Shown piece by piece: positions 29,858-40,402 of a stretch of 64,000 nt of DNA. Each line of letters begins with the position of its first letter. The stretch's first letter is position 1. The notes beneath the pieces are model-generated. The model was not told where the DNA came from, did not search any database, and saw only the letters and a list, made by a program, of their open reading frames with translations. The DNA comes from Promethearchaeati archaeon (lineage in GTDB: Archaea > Asgardarchaeota > Heimdallarchaeia > Heimdallarchaeales > Heimdallarchaeaceae), in contig JABLTJ010000003.1 in assembly GCA_013166775.1 (NCBI GenBank), positions 128,001-192,000 on the forward strand, in the 5' to 3' direction. The position numbers and the translations under genes are program-made.

Positions 29858-31333
29858 CTATTTTTTCAAATATCTGTAAGCTATTAGTAGGTAAAGTTTA
29901 GTTATATCTCTAAAGGTTTTAATTTCAGCATATTCATTTGCAGTATGTGCATTTCTTCCACCTGGACCAAGAATGAATATATCTTTCATTCCTGCTTCTC
30001 TCATGTTCCCACCATCACTAAAACCTGTCATAAAACCAAATATTGGACTAGTCTCATAAAGTGCTGTAAAAGCATTCTGCATTAGTTTTCCAAATTCAGA
30101 GTTAGGATCTGAAGCTGAACCTTCACCAACAGTTAGAATTGATATTGTTATATCGACTGGTTCATCTTTAAATTTCTGAATAGAATGTTGAAGGTTTGTG
30201 TATCCCTCTGGAATCTCAATACGATAGTTAAGTTTGGTACAATACTTTACTATTGCATCAAAAACTTGTTGAGTAGACAAACCAGGCATTGCTCGAAAAT
30301 CTACTTCTAATTCACAAGTATCAGGAATAACGTTAGTCTTTACTCCAGCTTTTATCTGATTGAAGCTGAAAGTTGTATTGTAGAGTATTTTTCCTCTCTT
30401 TGTCTTGTCCTTGTCAAGTGGGCTTTTCTCTCCTGTATATGCCACAATCTTTCTGTAATCAGCGAAACTTACCCTTGATAAAAGCATCTTGATTTGTTGC
30501 CATTTAGTAACTGGAGCTTTTCGTTTGGGAAATTTCAAATTGCGTTTTGCTTTGCTCATGAATCTTACTGCTTTGTTTAGAGCACTGCTTTTAATTTTAG
30601 GCCATGACCCGTGTCCAGCTACTCCGTGAAAGATAAATTTCATCCAATGAGGACCTTTTTCTCCCAAACTTATACCTGGACTAGTTAAAGGAACTCTTAC
30701 TGTAGGTTCGGAAACAATAGTTGCATCTGCATTCACTACATCGAGATGATTTTTTACCATAAAAGCTGAGCCATAAGCACCATGCGTCTCCTCATCTGGA
30801 GTAAACCACATTTGTAATTTACCTTTGATTTTTACTTCAGAATCTTTAAGCAGCTTCATTGCAATCATCTGACAAGCTATTCCTGCTTTCATATCTACAG
30901 ATCCACGACCATACAGCTTACCTTCTTTAATTACTCCTCCTAAGGGGGGAGTATCTTCATCCCATTTGTCAGGATTGAAAGGGACAATATCTAGATGACC
31001 ATTAAACTGGAGAGTTTTACCTGGATCTTCTCCTTCGTATGATGCAATTAAATTGTAATAGAACTCATTTTTCTTATTACTGAAGAAAGGAGCTTTAAAG
31101 AGTTCAGTTTTGAATCCCGCATTATCCATGTAATTTTTTGTAAAATCAAAAATCTTGTTTATGTTATGATACTGGAATTCAGAATAGTTGAGTGAATTTA
31201 TTTTTACTAACTCTTGCAAGAGCTCAGCAATTTCTTCTTCTTTATCATCTACTAAAGCTAGTAATTTCTTCTCCTCTGCTGTTAGAGGTATCTTTGGAGT
31301 AATTTTCTTCTCGATTATGTTTATTGCTGTCAC
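29858..31333 (-). CDS. M20A ArgE/DapE family metallo-deacylase
   Basis: NGHLDIVP, GRGSVDMKAG, DEE, SEPT, AHTANE motifs. Confidence 0.9.
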   Translation of the reverse strand: MTAINIIEKKITPKIPLTAEEKKLLALVDDKEEEIAELLQELVKINSLNYSEFQYHNINKIFDFTKNYMDNAGFKTELFKAPFFSNKKNEFYYNLIASYEGEDPGKTLQFNGHLDIVPFNPDKWDEDTPPLGGVIKEGKLYGRGSVDMKAGIACQMIAMKLLKDSEVKIKGKLQMWFTPDEETHGAYGSAFMVKNHLDVVNADATIVSEPTVRVPLTSPGISLGEKGPHWMKFIFHGVAGHGSWPKIKSSALNKAVRFMSKAKRNLKFPKRKAPVTKWQQIKMLLSRVSFADYRKIVAYTGEKSPLDKDKTKRGKILYNTTFSFNQIKAGVKTNVIPDTCELEVDFRAMPGLSTQQVFDAIVKYCTKLNYRIEIPEGYTNLQHSIQKFKDEPVDITISILTVGEGSASDPNSEFGKLMQNAFTALYETSPIFGFMTGFSDGGNMREAGMKDIFILGPGGRNAHTANEYAEIKTFRDITKLYLLIAYRYLKK

Positions 31334-31399
31334 ATTGTGAAGCTAAAAATGTTACTTATTTACTTTTCTCAATATCAGTGAGTTTTAAGCTCATTGTGT

Positions 31400-32573
31400 C
31401 TAAATAGAGCAATCACACTCTTTTGTAATTGAAAAAAGTAATTGAATATGCAATAATTCAGCTTGTATTCCATTAGAAATCAATATTGCACCCTTACCAG
31501 TTGTTGGACTACTAATCATCATACATACTGCACCCAGTACATTTGTCCTAGGAAGGACAAAAAATATGCCGTTTTTATTTTCAAATAGAATCAAACCTAA
31601 GCCCTGCACAGTAAAACCAAACATTTTGATTGGATCTAAGCAAATTCTAATGATATCATATGTTTGATTATTTTTTTTGATAAAATTTTCTCGTATTTCC
31701 CTTGATATGTTTTAATTAATTCCACAACAAACCTTGCTATACCAGAAGGAGTTGAAACTAATCCTCCATGACCAAAGACTCCTGAAATAAACCCTAAATC
31801 TGTTGCATTACCTTCGTTATCGTGATGAATATCATTCTCTTCCTTAATTCTTCAGATGGATGTTGGAAAAAACTATTTTACATCTCCAATGGAAGGAAAA
31901 TCTCTTCTCTGATATAATCGGATAAGCTGTTTCCTGTAATATCTTGTATTAATTTTTCAATTATTATATATGTTAAATTTGAGTACTGATGATTAGTTCC
32001 AGGTACAAAACAAACCTCAACGGGATCATTCAAAGTTGGTGATTCTCCTTTGAGAATTTGAATAAGAGTTGGATTTTTCCCTTTTTCACTAATGAACATT
32101 GAATCTGGTCTATTTATACCAGCTGTGTGAGTTAATAATTGTCTTAAGGTAATTTCTTTATCTTCAGTGAAGCTATTTTCTGGAATCTTCCAATCTTTAA
32201 GCTTAGTATTTACGTTTTCATCTAAATCAATCAATCCATTTGTAGCGAGTTGAAGAGCGGTAACTGCTATGATAGTTTTTGAAGTAGAACCTGCTTCAAA
32301 TAAGGTATCAAATGAGATACTCTTATCTTCTCATGGATCTACAATTCCATAGTTTTTTTCCCATTCTATCTTAGAATCGTTGATTAATGAAATACTCAAG
32401 CCTAGAACGTTATATGCTGCCAATAGATTTTGTAGGTTTGATTTTTCTTCCCAGTTAGGTGAAGGAATTCCTTCTTTAAAACTAGCTTGAGGAATAGATG
32501 ATTCAATCCTTTTAATACGTTCTTGTATCTCATCTATTTGGTTTCCGTAAATATTTGTTTGATTTTTCTTCAT
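31400..32573 (-). pseudogene. Degraded serine hydrolase (beta-lactamase family)
   Basis: In-frame TGA at 32331-32333 and TAA at 31878-31880, then a frameshift. Remnant motifs FEAGSTSK, LLTHTAG, YSN and GGLVSTP are spread over the fragments. Confidence 0.85.
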
Positions 32574-32673
32574 TTGAATGCTTTCATTAATGATACTCTA
32601 TGTTCAATTCTCATATGTAGATATTACTATATGCAAAATACAAAAGAGAATTTGAGTTCATCTCTTCTTAAAA

Positions 32674-33795
32674 CTACTTCTTTTTTCCTACTTCTTTAAA
32701 ACAATCTTGACAATAAATAGGTTTTCTAGCTTTTGGTTTGAAAGGAATCATTATCTCCTTTTTACATGTTCTACAAGTTGTTGTATGCATTCTTTTGTTT
32801 GTTCTGTAAGGACCTTTTCTATCACCAAATCTTTCAACAACTTCATCATTTTTGATTTGATTTTTCTCTCTTGCTGGTGTGGATTCGGTTTTTGGTTTTC
32901 TTGCTAGCTTGAATTCAGTTTTTGGTTTTTTACCTTGAAAACACTCTCTACAGTATACTGGTTTGTCTCCTGTGGGTTTGAATGGAACCTGGGTTTCTTT
33001 CTTACATTTAGAGCATATAACTGTATGGAGTTGTTTAGATCTACCATCAGTTCTAGTTCTGCTTCTATCTTCATATCTTGATGATGATCTGTTTGAAGAT
33101 CGATAATTTGGTTTAGTTCTAGATTGTCTATCTGAACTTCTTGAATCTTTATATCCATCTTGAGGTTTATGTTTCTGATAACACTCTCTACAATAGACTG
33201 GTTTAGCTCCTGTTGGTTTAAAAGGTACTTTAGTTTCTTTCTTACACTCACTGCATGTTGTAGTATGTAATTCTCTTGTTCCTCTCTCTGAGTGTTTTCT
33301 GTTTCTGTCATCATATCTCCTAGATGACCTGTCAGAAGATCGATAATTTGGTTTATCTAAAGATCTACTGGCAGAACTTCTTAGTTGTTTGAAACTCTCT
33401 GGAGGTTTATGTTTCTGATAACATTCTCTACAGTAGACTGGTTTAACTCCCGTTGGTTTGAACGGTACTTTAGTTTCCTTCTTACACTCACTACATCTTG
33501 TAGTGTGGAGTTCTCTTGTTCCTCTATCCGAATGTCTTCTGTTTCCACCGTCATATCTGTTGGATGATCTGTCAGAAGATTTGTAATCTGTTTTACTCCT
33601 AGAACGACTAGAAGGACGTTTTCTTGATCTAACTACCCCTCTATCTCTAGAACGATTGTTTGGTTTAGCACCTGATTTAAATTTGGGTTTGTCTCTTGCT
33701 ATAAAATTAGCTTTTGTCTTAGAACTTCCTCTGCTAGACATTTTTTTTGCTGATTTGAGATTTTGAGCGTTTCTTCCAGCTCTGTTATTTGACAT
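32674..33795 (-). CDS. Basic protein with four CxxC-x17-CxxC domains and Arg/Ser-rich linkers
   Basis: Four copies of C..C.KE..VPFKP....PVYC..C. Confidence 0.9.
   Translation of the reverse strand: MSNNRAGRNAQNLKSAKKMSSRGSSKTKANFIARDKPKFKSGAKPNNRSRDRGVVRSRKRPSSRSRSKTDYKSSDRSSNRYDGGNRRHSDRGTRELHTTRCSECKKETKVPFKPTGVKPVYCRECYQKHKPPESFKQLRSSASRSLDKPNYRSSDRSSRRYDDRNRKHSERGTRELHTTTCSECKKETKVPFKPTGAKPVYCRECYQKHKPQDGYKDSRSSDRQSRTKPNYRSSNRSSSRYEDRSRTRTDGRSKQLHTVICSKCKKETQVPFKPTGDKPVYCRECFQGKKPKTEFKLARKPKTESTPAREKNQIKNDEVVERFGDRKGPYRTNKRMHTTTCRTCKKEIMIPFKPKARKPIYCQDCFKEVGKKK
32700..33585. repeat. Intragenic tandem repeat, 240-bp period
   Basis: Equivalent positions at 32761, 33001, 33241 and 33481 (tttacatgtt / cttacattta / cttacactca / cttacactca). 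Confidence 0.9.
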
Positions 33796-34064
33796 GAGTA
33801 TTCACTTTTGTTGCAGTATATTGTATAATAGTAAATTCGAAAGATCTGTTCCAGAATTGAAAAAAGAATTCCAATCAACCTTCACACTTTAATACATATT
33901 GTTAATCCGATACTGCACTAAGCTCAAACCTTTTGCTTACTTTTAAATCCGACGATTTAAGTTCGGAATCTGATAAGTTGATTTCATCTTGACTTTTTTA
34001 AGTTGCTATTTTAATCTCAAAGTAAAATTATATGAAGATAAGTTTAAAACTATGACATCTTTTT

Positions 34065-34997
34065 TTGCCTATGAGTTTCAAGTTCAAAGATTACAAACAT
34101 GAAGAAGATTTTACAAGAATAAGAGATTTTCTTATTCATTCTTATAAAAAAATTGGCAAACCTTCTAATTGGACTTTAGAGAGATGGAATTATGCTTTCT
34201 TCTTCATTCGTGATATGTTTGGAATAACCTTACAGGAATGGGAGAAATCTATCGGTATCTGGGAAGATGAGGGGGGTACAATAGTTTCTATAGTTAATGC
34301 TGAAGGATTAAACAGGGGAGAAGCTTTCTTCCAACTGAAACCAGAAGATTATGATGTTTTGCTTTTGAAGGAAATGTTTACTTTTGCAGAAGAGAATCTA
34401 ATTCTTGAGGATGATGACAAATACATCTTGAAACTACGAATTCGCGATAAAGATGTATCTATAGAGGAAATTGCGAAGGAGAGGGGATATTTCAAAAACG
34501 AGAAAGCATCGGAAACCACTTCTATAATCTCACTTGACAGAGATTTTTCTTATCCTGATCTCCCAGAAGGATATTCTATTAGAAGTATGGCGGATAAAAA
34601 TGATGTAGAAAAACGAACCATTGTTTTTGCTAAAGCATTTGGAAATTATGGTACAAAAGATGAGGTACAACCTAGTTCGTATCATGAACTTCAGAAAGCA
34701 ATTGATTACAGAAAAGACCTAGATATATACATTGAATCTCCAGAAGGAGAATTTGTATCTTTTTGTTTAATTTGGTATGATGAGAAAAATAAAATTGGGA
34801 TTTTGGAACCAGTAGGAACAGATCCTGACTATAGGCGAAAGGGTTTTGCTAAAGCAACTAACTATGAAGCAATTAAACGAGTAAAAGAGGAAGGAGCAGA
34901 AAAAGTCTATGTTGGTGATGGACAACAATTCTATATGTCAATAGGTTTCAAAAAGCAATCAGTCAGCAATATTTGGATTAAGGAGATAAAGAAGTAG
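34065..34997 (+). CDS. GNAT N-acetyltransferase (two-domain)
   Basis: EPVGTDPDYRRKGFA and FYMSIGF motifs. Confidence 0.9.
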   Translation: MPMSFKFKDYKHEEDFTRIRDFLIHSYKKIGKPSNWTLERWNYAFFFIRDMFGITLQEWEKSIGIWEDEGGTIVSIVNAEGLNRGEAFFQLKPEDYDVLLLKEMFTFAEENLILEDDDKYILKLRIRDKDVSIEEIAKERGYFKNEKASETTSIISLDRDFSYPDLPEGYSIRSMADKNDVEKRTIVFAKAFGNYGTKDEVQPSSYHELQKAIDYRKDLDIYIESPEGEFVSFCLIWYDEKNKIGILEPVGTDPDYRRKGFAKATNYEAIKRVKEEGAEKVYVGDGQQFYMSIGFKKQSVSNIWIKEIKK

Positions 34998-35024
34998 AAG
35001 ATAAAGGATTTCAATTTTTCATTT

Positions 35025-36647
35025 TCATTTATTGATTTTTCTCCTTTTTAGAATTCTAATGAAGACAAATGCACCAACAAACAGTGTTATTAAAGTAGCA
35101 CCAAAAGAACCTATCCAGACCCATTGTCTTATTCCATGACCAGGTTCAACGTCTAAAGTAAGATTCTCAACATAAACATTCATATTTAGTTCATCGGATG
35201 TAAGGTTATATCCTGCTCTAACTAGCTCGTCTTTTGATTTGTTTAACCATATACCAAAAGCTTCTGTTAATCCTGTTGTGACAGAGCTGTCAGGATCTAA
35301 TGAATATGAGTCAATATGACCAATCAGCTCAGATGTCTGAAGTAAAACATTTTTAGCAGACCAGTAATCTAAAGCTACAGGATCAACACCTGCTATCAAT
35401 ATGTTAACTCTTGTTGCCATATTATAACTAGTTCCTGGTCCTACAGTAACAGAAGATTCTGGATTCGCATTGACCCATATTGCATCAATTATGTTGAGTG
35501 TTGGAAGACCACACTCTACCATTAACGTACCCATTCCACCTGTAGCTACTTTATCATGACCGTTTGCTAGAGCTTCTGTTTGAACCCCCATATAATTTTT
35601 CAGAGTAGCAGTTACTCCATAAATACTATGAGATTTCAAAACTGGTAAGTTGATTACCTTAAGATTATGTATGTATTCTGCATCATTCCAGATACCTTGT
35701 TTGAAACTTATTTTTGTACCATAATCAGTCTCGAATTTAGGATAAGAAACATATATCTCTGTTTCTGGATCTTCATCATCATAAACAATATATCCATTTT
35801 CCATATCTCCTTCTGAATACTCTTGAACTTCATTTCCTCGAATGTTATCCCATAAAAATGTAGAAACATCATAAGTTAGAGCAAAACTATCAACAACTTC
35901 TTGAGCTGATTGTTCCTTATCTTCAGAATTGGTTTTGCCAAAGTTCATACTCCCTCTCCCTTGACCATTGTCTGCAACTACTATTTCTCCATCAAAACCA
36001 TCAGGATGATCAATGATAGCTTGAATGAGTTCTTTCAAGAAATCAGTATTCGTTCCCCCACGCTGAGACCATTGACAATTTGTCTTCAATAAAACAACAT
36101 CTGTTGCTGAAATCAATCCATCTGGTCCTTGATTTACTCCTGAAATTGTTGATTGATAAAATGAGAAATTTTGCGATCCCATCAGATTAATTAAATCAGT
36201 AACATGAGCCACTTCTGGACCATTTACAACAAATATCTCTGAAACAGTTTCTGATTCAGAAGCTCTAGGCAGTATTTCTAAAGTAACCTCCTGGGGTGAG
36301 AATGCAGAATTCAGTATTACTCCAGTTGAAACTGTTGATACGGTTAGCATAATAATAATAGCTGCTTTGCCATATGAAAACCAAGTTTTTACTTTCAACC
36401 AAATAATGCTTAGTGAAAAAAGTGGGATGATTGCACCAATGCTTATTGAAACATTCTTTAGAGCATCTTGTTGACAAGGATAAATAATACGACGTGGTTT
36501 GGTTCCAGTACGGAAAATAAACCAAAGTAGATTGAGAAGACCGAAAATTAGTAGATTTTTCCGATATTTTTTCTTCTTTGAGAGGTTATCTTCAAGGTGA
36601 AGGTCAAAACTAGGGATTTTCATCGATAAAATGAGTTGTATAAACAT
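35025..36647 (-). CDS. DUF362-domain protein, membrane anchored
   Basis: DVVLLKTN, INLPVLKSH..GVT.TLKNYMG, DPVALD motifs. N-terminal TMs and C-terminal TM + KRRK. Confidence 0.75.
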   Translation of the reverse strand: MFIQLILSMKIPSFDLHLEDNLSKKKKYRKNLLIFGLLNLLWFIFRTGTKPRRIIYPCQQDALKNVSISIGAIIPLFSLSIIWLKVKTWFSYGKAAIIIMLTVSTVSTGVILNSAFSPQEVTLEILPRASESETVSEIFVVNGPEVAHVTDLINLMGSQNFSFYQSTISGVNQGPDGLISATDVVLLKTNCQWSQRGGTNTDFLKELIQAIIDHPDGFDGEIVVADNGQGRGSMNFGKTNSEDKEQSAQEVVDSFALTYDVSTFLWDNIRGNEVQEYSEGDMENGYIVYDDEDPETEIYVSYPKFETDYGTKISFKQGIWNDAEYIHNLKVINLPVLKSHSIYGVTATLKNYMGVQTEALANGHDKVATGGMGTLMVECGLPTLNIIDAIWVNANPESSVTVGPGTSYNMATRVNILIAGVDPVALDYWSAKNVLLQTSELIGHIDSYSLDPDSSVTTGLTEAFGIWLNKSKDELVRAGYNLTSDELNMNVYVENLTLDVEPGHGIRQWVWIGSFGATLITLFVGAFVFIRILKRRKINK

Positions 36648-36720
36648 TTCTAAATGTTTTGCTGTGCAAATTTATGCACAATCAAGGAAAAAAAAGAAAA
36701 GAATAGAATTGGAATGAATC

Positions 36721-37839
36721 TCAAAATGCTATTCTCTTATCTGGGAAAGTAACTTCATATTTATGCTTCTTAGTTTCATCATCTAATGAAAACAAGTACC
36801 AATCATTGTGAGTGGGTGGTCCAAAACAAACCTCGATTTCTTTTTCCATAACATCGAAGATAACAGACCATAAAGTTCCAAAATTATCTGTATACCAGTG
36901 ACAGGTTAATCCATCAGGAAATTCTTTAGATAAAATGTCTCTAAAATTATTCTTAGTTAATTTTGGAGAATTGTTTTTGAAAGCTGTTTCTATTATCTTA
37001 TACCTTTGTTTTGAATTAGGTAGGAGCCAAGGATTGTTGTATTTGTTGTTTTCCTCGTTTTCTTCGAGATTATAATGATTCGTTGAAATAATGTATTTTT
37101 TATCGGAATCATTATCGAATTTCCGCTTATTGAAAATACTGTCTAGACTTTCAAGATATGCTGCATTTCCTTTATTGTCTGTCAAGATGAAGTTATTTGT
37201 CCCTTCAATAGGAATGCTTTCAAGTCTGTCCAAAGCTTCACTAACATTCTTACAATTATCTAGTAAAACTCGAACTGCTAAAGCCCAGTTAACTCCTTTA
37301 TTCTTTCTAGGAGCACCCCATGCACCTCCAGAAGAAGCAGTTACACAGAGACCTTCCTCATTCAATCCTTCGAAGCGACCAAAAATCATTCCTGCGAAGC
37401 CCAGGTGTTTGTATTTTCCTTTAGCTTTTGTGGTTCGAAGTTGTAAATCTTCTTCTAAATGATTCCATTCATAGCTTCTACCTGCAAATGTGTGACCATT
37501 CTCTGTGAAAGGAGGAAGTGCAACCATTTGACTGCAGTTATTCTGTATTGAAGTTGGGAAATCATAAATACATATTCTTTCCAAATCCACTCCAAGAACC
37601 TCAGCAAATCCCTGTGTTTCATCACTAAAACCTGGACAATGTTCATCAAAGAAATCATATACATCCTCGAAATTTGAAAATAACGACTTTTTCGCATCGA
37701 ATTTTCCTGACGTATAAAATTTGGTCATGTGATCATATTTTTTAATAATCTCACCTTGTTTTTTTCCTATTTCATAGTGAGTACCTACTAGATTGTGGTG
37801 CTCAAAGATAGTTTTGTTTATTGTGTATTTTTCATTCAT
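36721..37839 (-). CDS. C45 family peptidase (Ntn hydrolase, acyl-CoA:6-APA acyltransferase-like)
   Basis: GTHYEIG..QG propeptide, nucleophile Cys in NCSQ, GRSYEW, EGLNEEGL, TNHY. Confidence 0.88.
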   Translation of the reverse strand: MNEKYTINKTIFEHHNLVGTHYEIGKKQGEIIKKYDHMTKFYTSGKFDAKKSLFSNFEDVYDFFDEHCPGFSDETQGFAEVLGVDLERICIYDFPTSIQNNCSQMVALPPFTENGHTFAGRSYEWNHLEEDLQLRTTKAKGKYKHLGFAGMIFGRFEGLNEEGLCVTASSGGAWGAPRKNKGVNWALAVRVLLDNCKNVSEALDRLESIPIEGTNNFILTDNKGNAAYLESLDSIFNKRKFDNDSDKKYIISTNHYNLEENEENNKYNNPWLLPNSKQRYKIIETAFKNNSPKLTKNNFRDILSKEFPDGLTCHWYTDNFGTLWSVIFDVMEKEIEVCFGPPTHNDWYLFSLDDETKKHKYEVTFPDKRIAF

Positions 37840-38199
37840 TTTTGAACCTCTCTTGATTCTAATAAAAACAGGAGTTTTGGACGTTTATATCGTTTGGTGT
37901 CCTATTTTTAATTTCATTCAGAGAGATTTAAATTGTTATTTAATACGCCTTACATTTTCTCGATTTTTCGTGTGAAAAAATTGTCACATTTATTTAATTT
38001 CATCTACAGAAATTTACATTGAATTTAAATATGCCTTACTTGAAAATATAGGGCCCAGAGAGATTTCTATTTAAACGATTATTGAAAGTTTACGAATTTC
38101 TCTCACATTTTGAATACTATTTTTTCAGTTTCAAATGCAGAAATCAATGCATGTAAGATTTGTGATTTGTTTTTTAAAAAAAAAAGAAAATGGTTTTTG

Positions 38200-40242
38200 T
38201 TACTTGTTATTTTTCTTCTTTTTAGATACAAGGAAATGTGTTGTTAGGATAAGTATCGGTAGGAATATGAAATAATGAATTGATCCAAACTCTGGAACAA
38301 CTGGATTGACAGTTACAGTCACAGCATCTTGTGCAGTATTTCCTGCAAGATCAGTAACTACTATCAAATAAACGTATGTTCCTTCAGCTAAACCATCAAC
38401 AGTTATTTCTATTGGAGTATCAGAGTTCCACGTATCAGTATAGTCCTCTACACTGTCTATATAGATGGTATAAGTTCCTGGATGCGTATCTGTAACATCC
38501 CAGCTTATGATATTACCTGTTTCTCCTATAATATAATCAAAATCTGCAACATCGGACACATAGGGATTGCGAAAATCAATGGTTGTTTCTATAAGATTTA
38601 CTTCCATTTGACCAGGTACTTTAAAGTAATACATGATATTTGAGCCTTGTTCACTATATATAACAGTTGTAGTATCCATATACTGTAATGTCCAGATATC
38701 TGTATAGCTCCAGGATTTACTTCCGTTAACCGCCAGAATTTCAAACCATTCAGTCATCACTGTTTTATCTCCAACTTGGGGGTTAGGTAATAAGCCAATG
38801 AAGGGGAAGAAATGTTTTGATAGAAATTGAGTTGTTGAATCTACTGAAACATAACCATTTAGCACATTAATCACAATATTATATTCTAGATGCATAGGAA
38901 CAACATCATATATATGCATAATAACTGCAGTGTTCATTTCAAAAGGAGAAAGCCAATTAGTAAATGTACAGTTATAATCAATTTCTTGTGCCTCAGTTAA
39001 AATATCATATTTATAATTTAAAATGTCACCTTCCTTGAGATCAACCATAGGAATAACGTTAATAGAATTAATATCAACAGAATCAGAAGCAGTAGACATA
39101 TCAAGCCAGTAAGCTTCTAATTCGATAGTATTTGTTCCATTTCCAAAAACAGGGACAAAAAATTCTGATTGGAAAGGTGGACCACCATCTACAATAAATG
39201 TTGTTATAAGAACTGTATTGACATTTACTTCAATGTAATTTAAGTTAAGTATATCATTTGCATCGCAACTAACGAGAACCAATCCTCCTTCAATAGTTTC
39301 ACTATCAGAAGGAGAGAGGATGTCAATTGCATGAACAATCGGATCTAGATAGAGATCCAACTGTTCTGTGTCTCCATCAGTTACAATCGTTACAGTATCT
39401 TCTTCCGTTTCATAACCAGTCATTGAAGCTTCAACATAATATGTGTCAGCACCAAATCCTGAGAAAATGTAGTATCCATCGCTAGCTGTAAAATAGACAT
39501 CTATTTGGTCATCATATTCGGTGAGTAAACGAACCCATGCTCCTTCTATAGGATCTGAAGTACCAAAAGTATAGATATAACCTTCAATTTCACTGGTTCC
39601 AACAACATAACCAGGATTGAGATAGAGATCCAACTGTTCTGTATCTCCATCAGTTACAATCGTAACATAATCACTGTTCGAAAAATACTCCAGCATAGAT
39701 CCTTCAACATAATATGTACCAGCACCGAGCTCGATGAATGAGTAGAGACCATCACTATCTGTAAGTCCTTCTGTTATAAAATAACCTACATCATTGGATA
39801 ATTGAACTACTGCTCCTTCTATCGGATTTGAAGTGGCAAAATCATAGATGTAAACATTAATGGAACCGGTTCCTGGTGTGTAAACTAGATCAAGGTAGAA
39901 CTCGATAATTTCATCTCCATCATCAATAATTGAAACAGGTGCGGAATCATAATAATAACCATCAGCGTAAACTTCAACATAGTAATCGCCATCACTTAGA
40001 GCGGTGAATTCGAAGAATCCATCAATATCAGTAATACCTTCAGAAATATACATCATGAAATCCTCATAGAGTATAACAGATGCTCCTTCTATAGGATCAC
40101 TAGTAAGTGAATCATAGACATAGACTTCGATGGAAGCTGATTGAGCCTTCACTAATAAAGAAGGGGAAAACATTGTTGCCATTATTCCAAGTAACAAAAT
40201 AGATAAAATAAATCCAAAAAGGAATTTTTTACTTTTATTCAT
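38200..40242 (-). CDS. Surface protein with three carboxypeptidase-regulatory-like (SpaA/Cna-B-like) repeats and PEF-type C-terminal sorting signal
   Basis: Three PIEGA.V.L...T..DG.Y.F repeats, DLAGN Ig-like end, VPEF + TM + KKKK. Confidence 0.85.
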   Translation of the reverse strand: MNKSKKFLFGFILSILLLGIMATMFSPSLLVKAQSASIEVYVYDSLTSDPIEGASVILYEDFMMYISEGITDIDGFFEFTALSDGDYYVEVYADGYYYDSAPVSIIDDGDEIIEFYLDLVYTPGTGSINVYIYDFATSNPIEGAVVQLSNDVGYFITEGLTDSDGLYSFIELGAGTYYVEGSMLEYFSNSDYVTIVTDGDTEQLDLYLNPGYVVGTSEIEGYIYTFGTSDPIEGAWVRLLTEYDDQIDVYFTASDGYYIFSGFGADTYYVEASMTGYETEEDTVTIVTDGDTEQLDLYLDPIVHAIDILSPSDSETIEGGLVLVSCDANDILNLNYIEVNVNTVLITTFIVDGGPPFQSEFFVPVFGNGTNTIELEAYWLDMSTASDSVDINSINVIPMVDLKEGDILNYKYDILTEAQEIDYNCTFTNWLSPFEMNTAVIMHIYDVVPMHLEYNIVINVLNGYVSVDSTTQFLSKHFFPFIGLLPNPQVGDKTVMTEWFEILAVNGSKSWSYTDIWTLQYMDTTTVIYSEQGSNIMYYFKVPGQMEVNLIETTIDFRNPYVSDVADFDYIIGETGNIISWDVTDTHPGTYTIYIDSVEDYTDTWNSDTPIEITVDGLAEGTYVYLIVVTDLAGNTAQDAVTVTVNPVVPEFGSIHYFIFLPILILTTHFLVSKKKKNNK
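39345..40140. repeat. Intragenic repeats of about 91 aa (about 273 bp)
   Basis: Near-identical gatagagatccaactgttctgt.tctccatcagttacaatcgt at 39348 and 39621. tgctccttctat also recurs three times. Confidence 0.8.
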
Positions 40243-40402
40243 TTCAATAACATCATTGTTATTTTGATAAATTTACAAAAAAATTCATCGATAAACAGTT
40301 TATATGTTGTTGATAAAGGTTTCTCCTAATATTATATACTAACATACACTTATTGTACGAATCTTTTATTTATATTAACTATTTGTAAATTAAATAGATT
40401 TT

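Noticed and set aside
32331-32333. In-frame TGA as possible selenocysteine or stop-codon readthrough
   Set aside because: The same gene also has an in-frame TAA and a frameshift, and the position is not a catalytic Cys site. Pseudogene decay explains it better.
32700-33585. Regular repeats as a CRISPR array
   Set aside because: The period is 240 bp, in frame, with synonymous-type variation inside a protein-coding gene. There are no short identical repeats with unique spacers.
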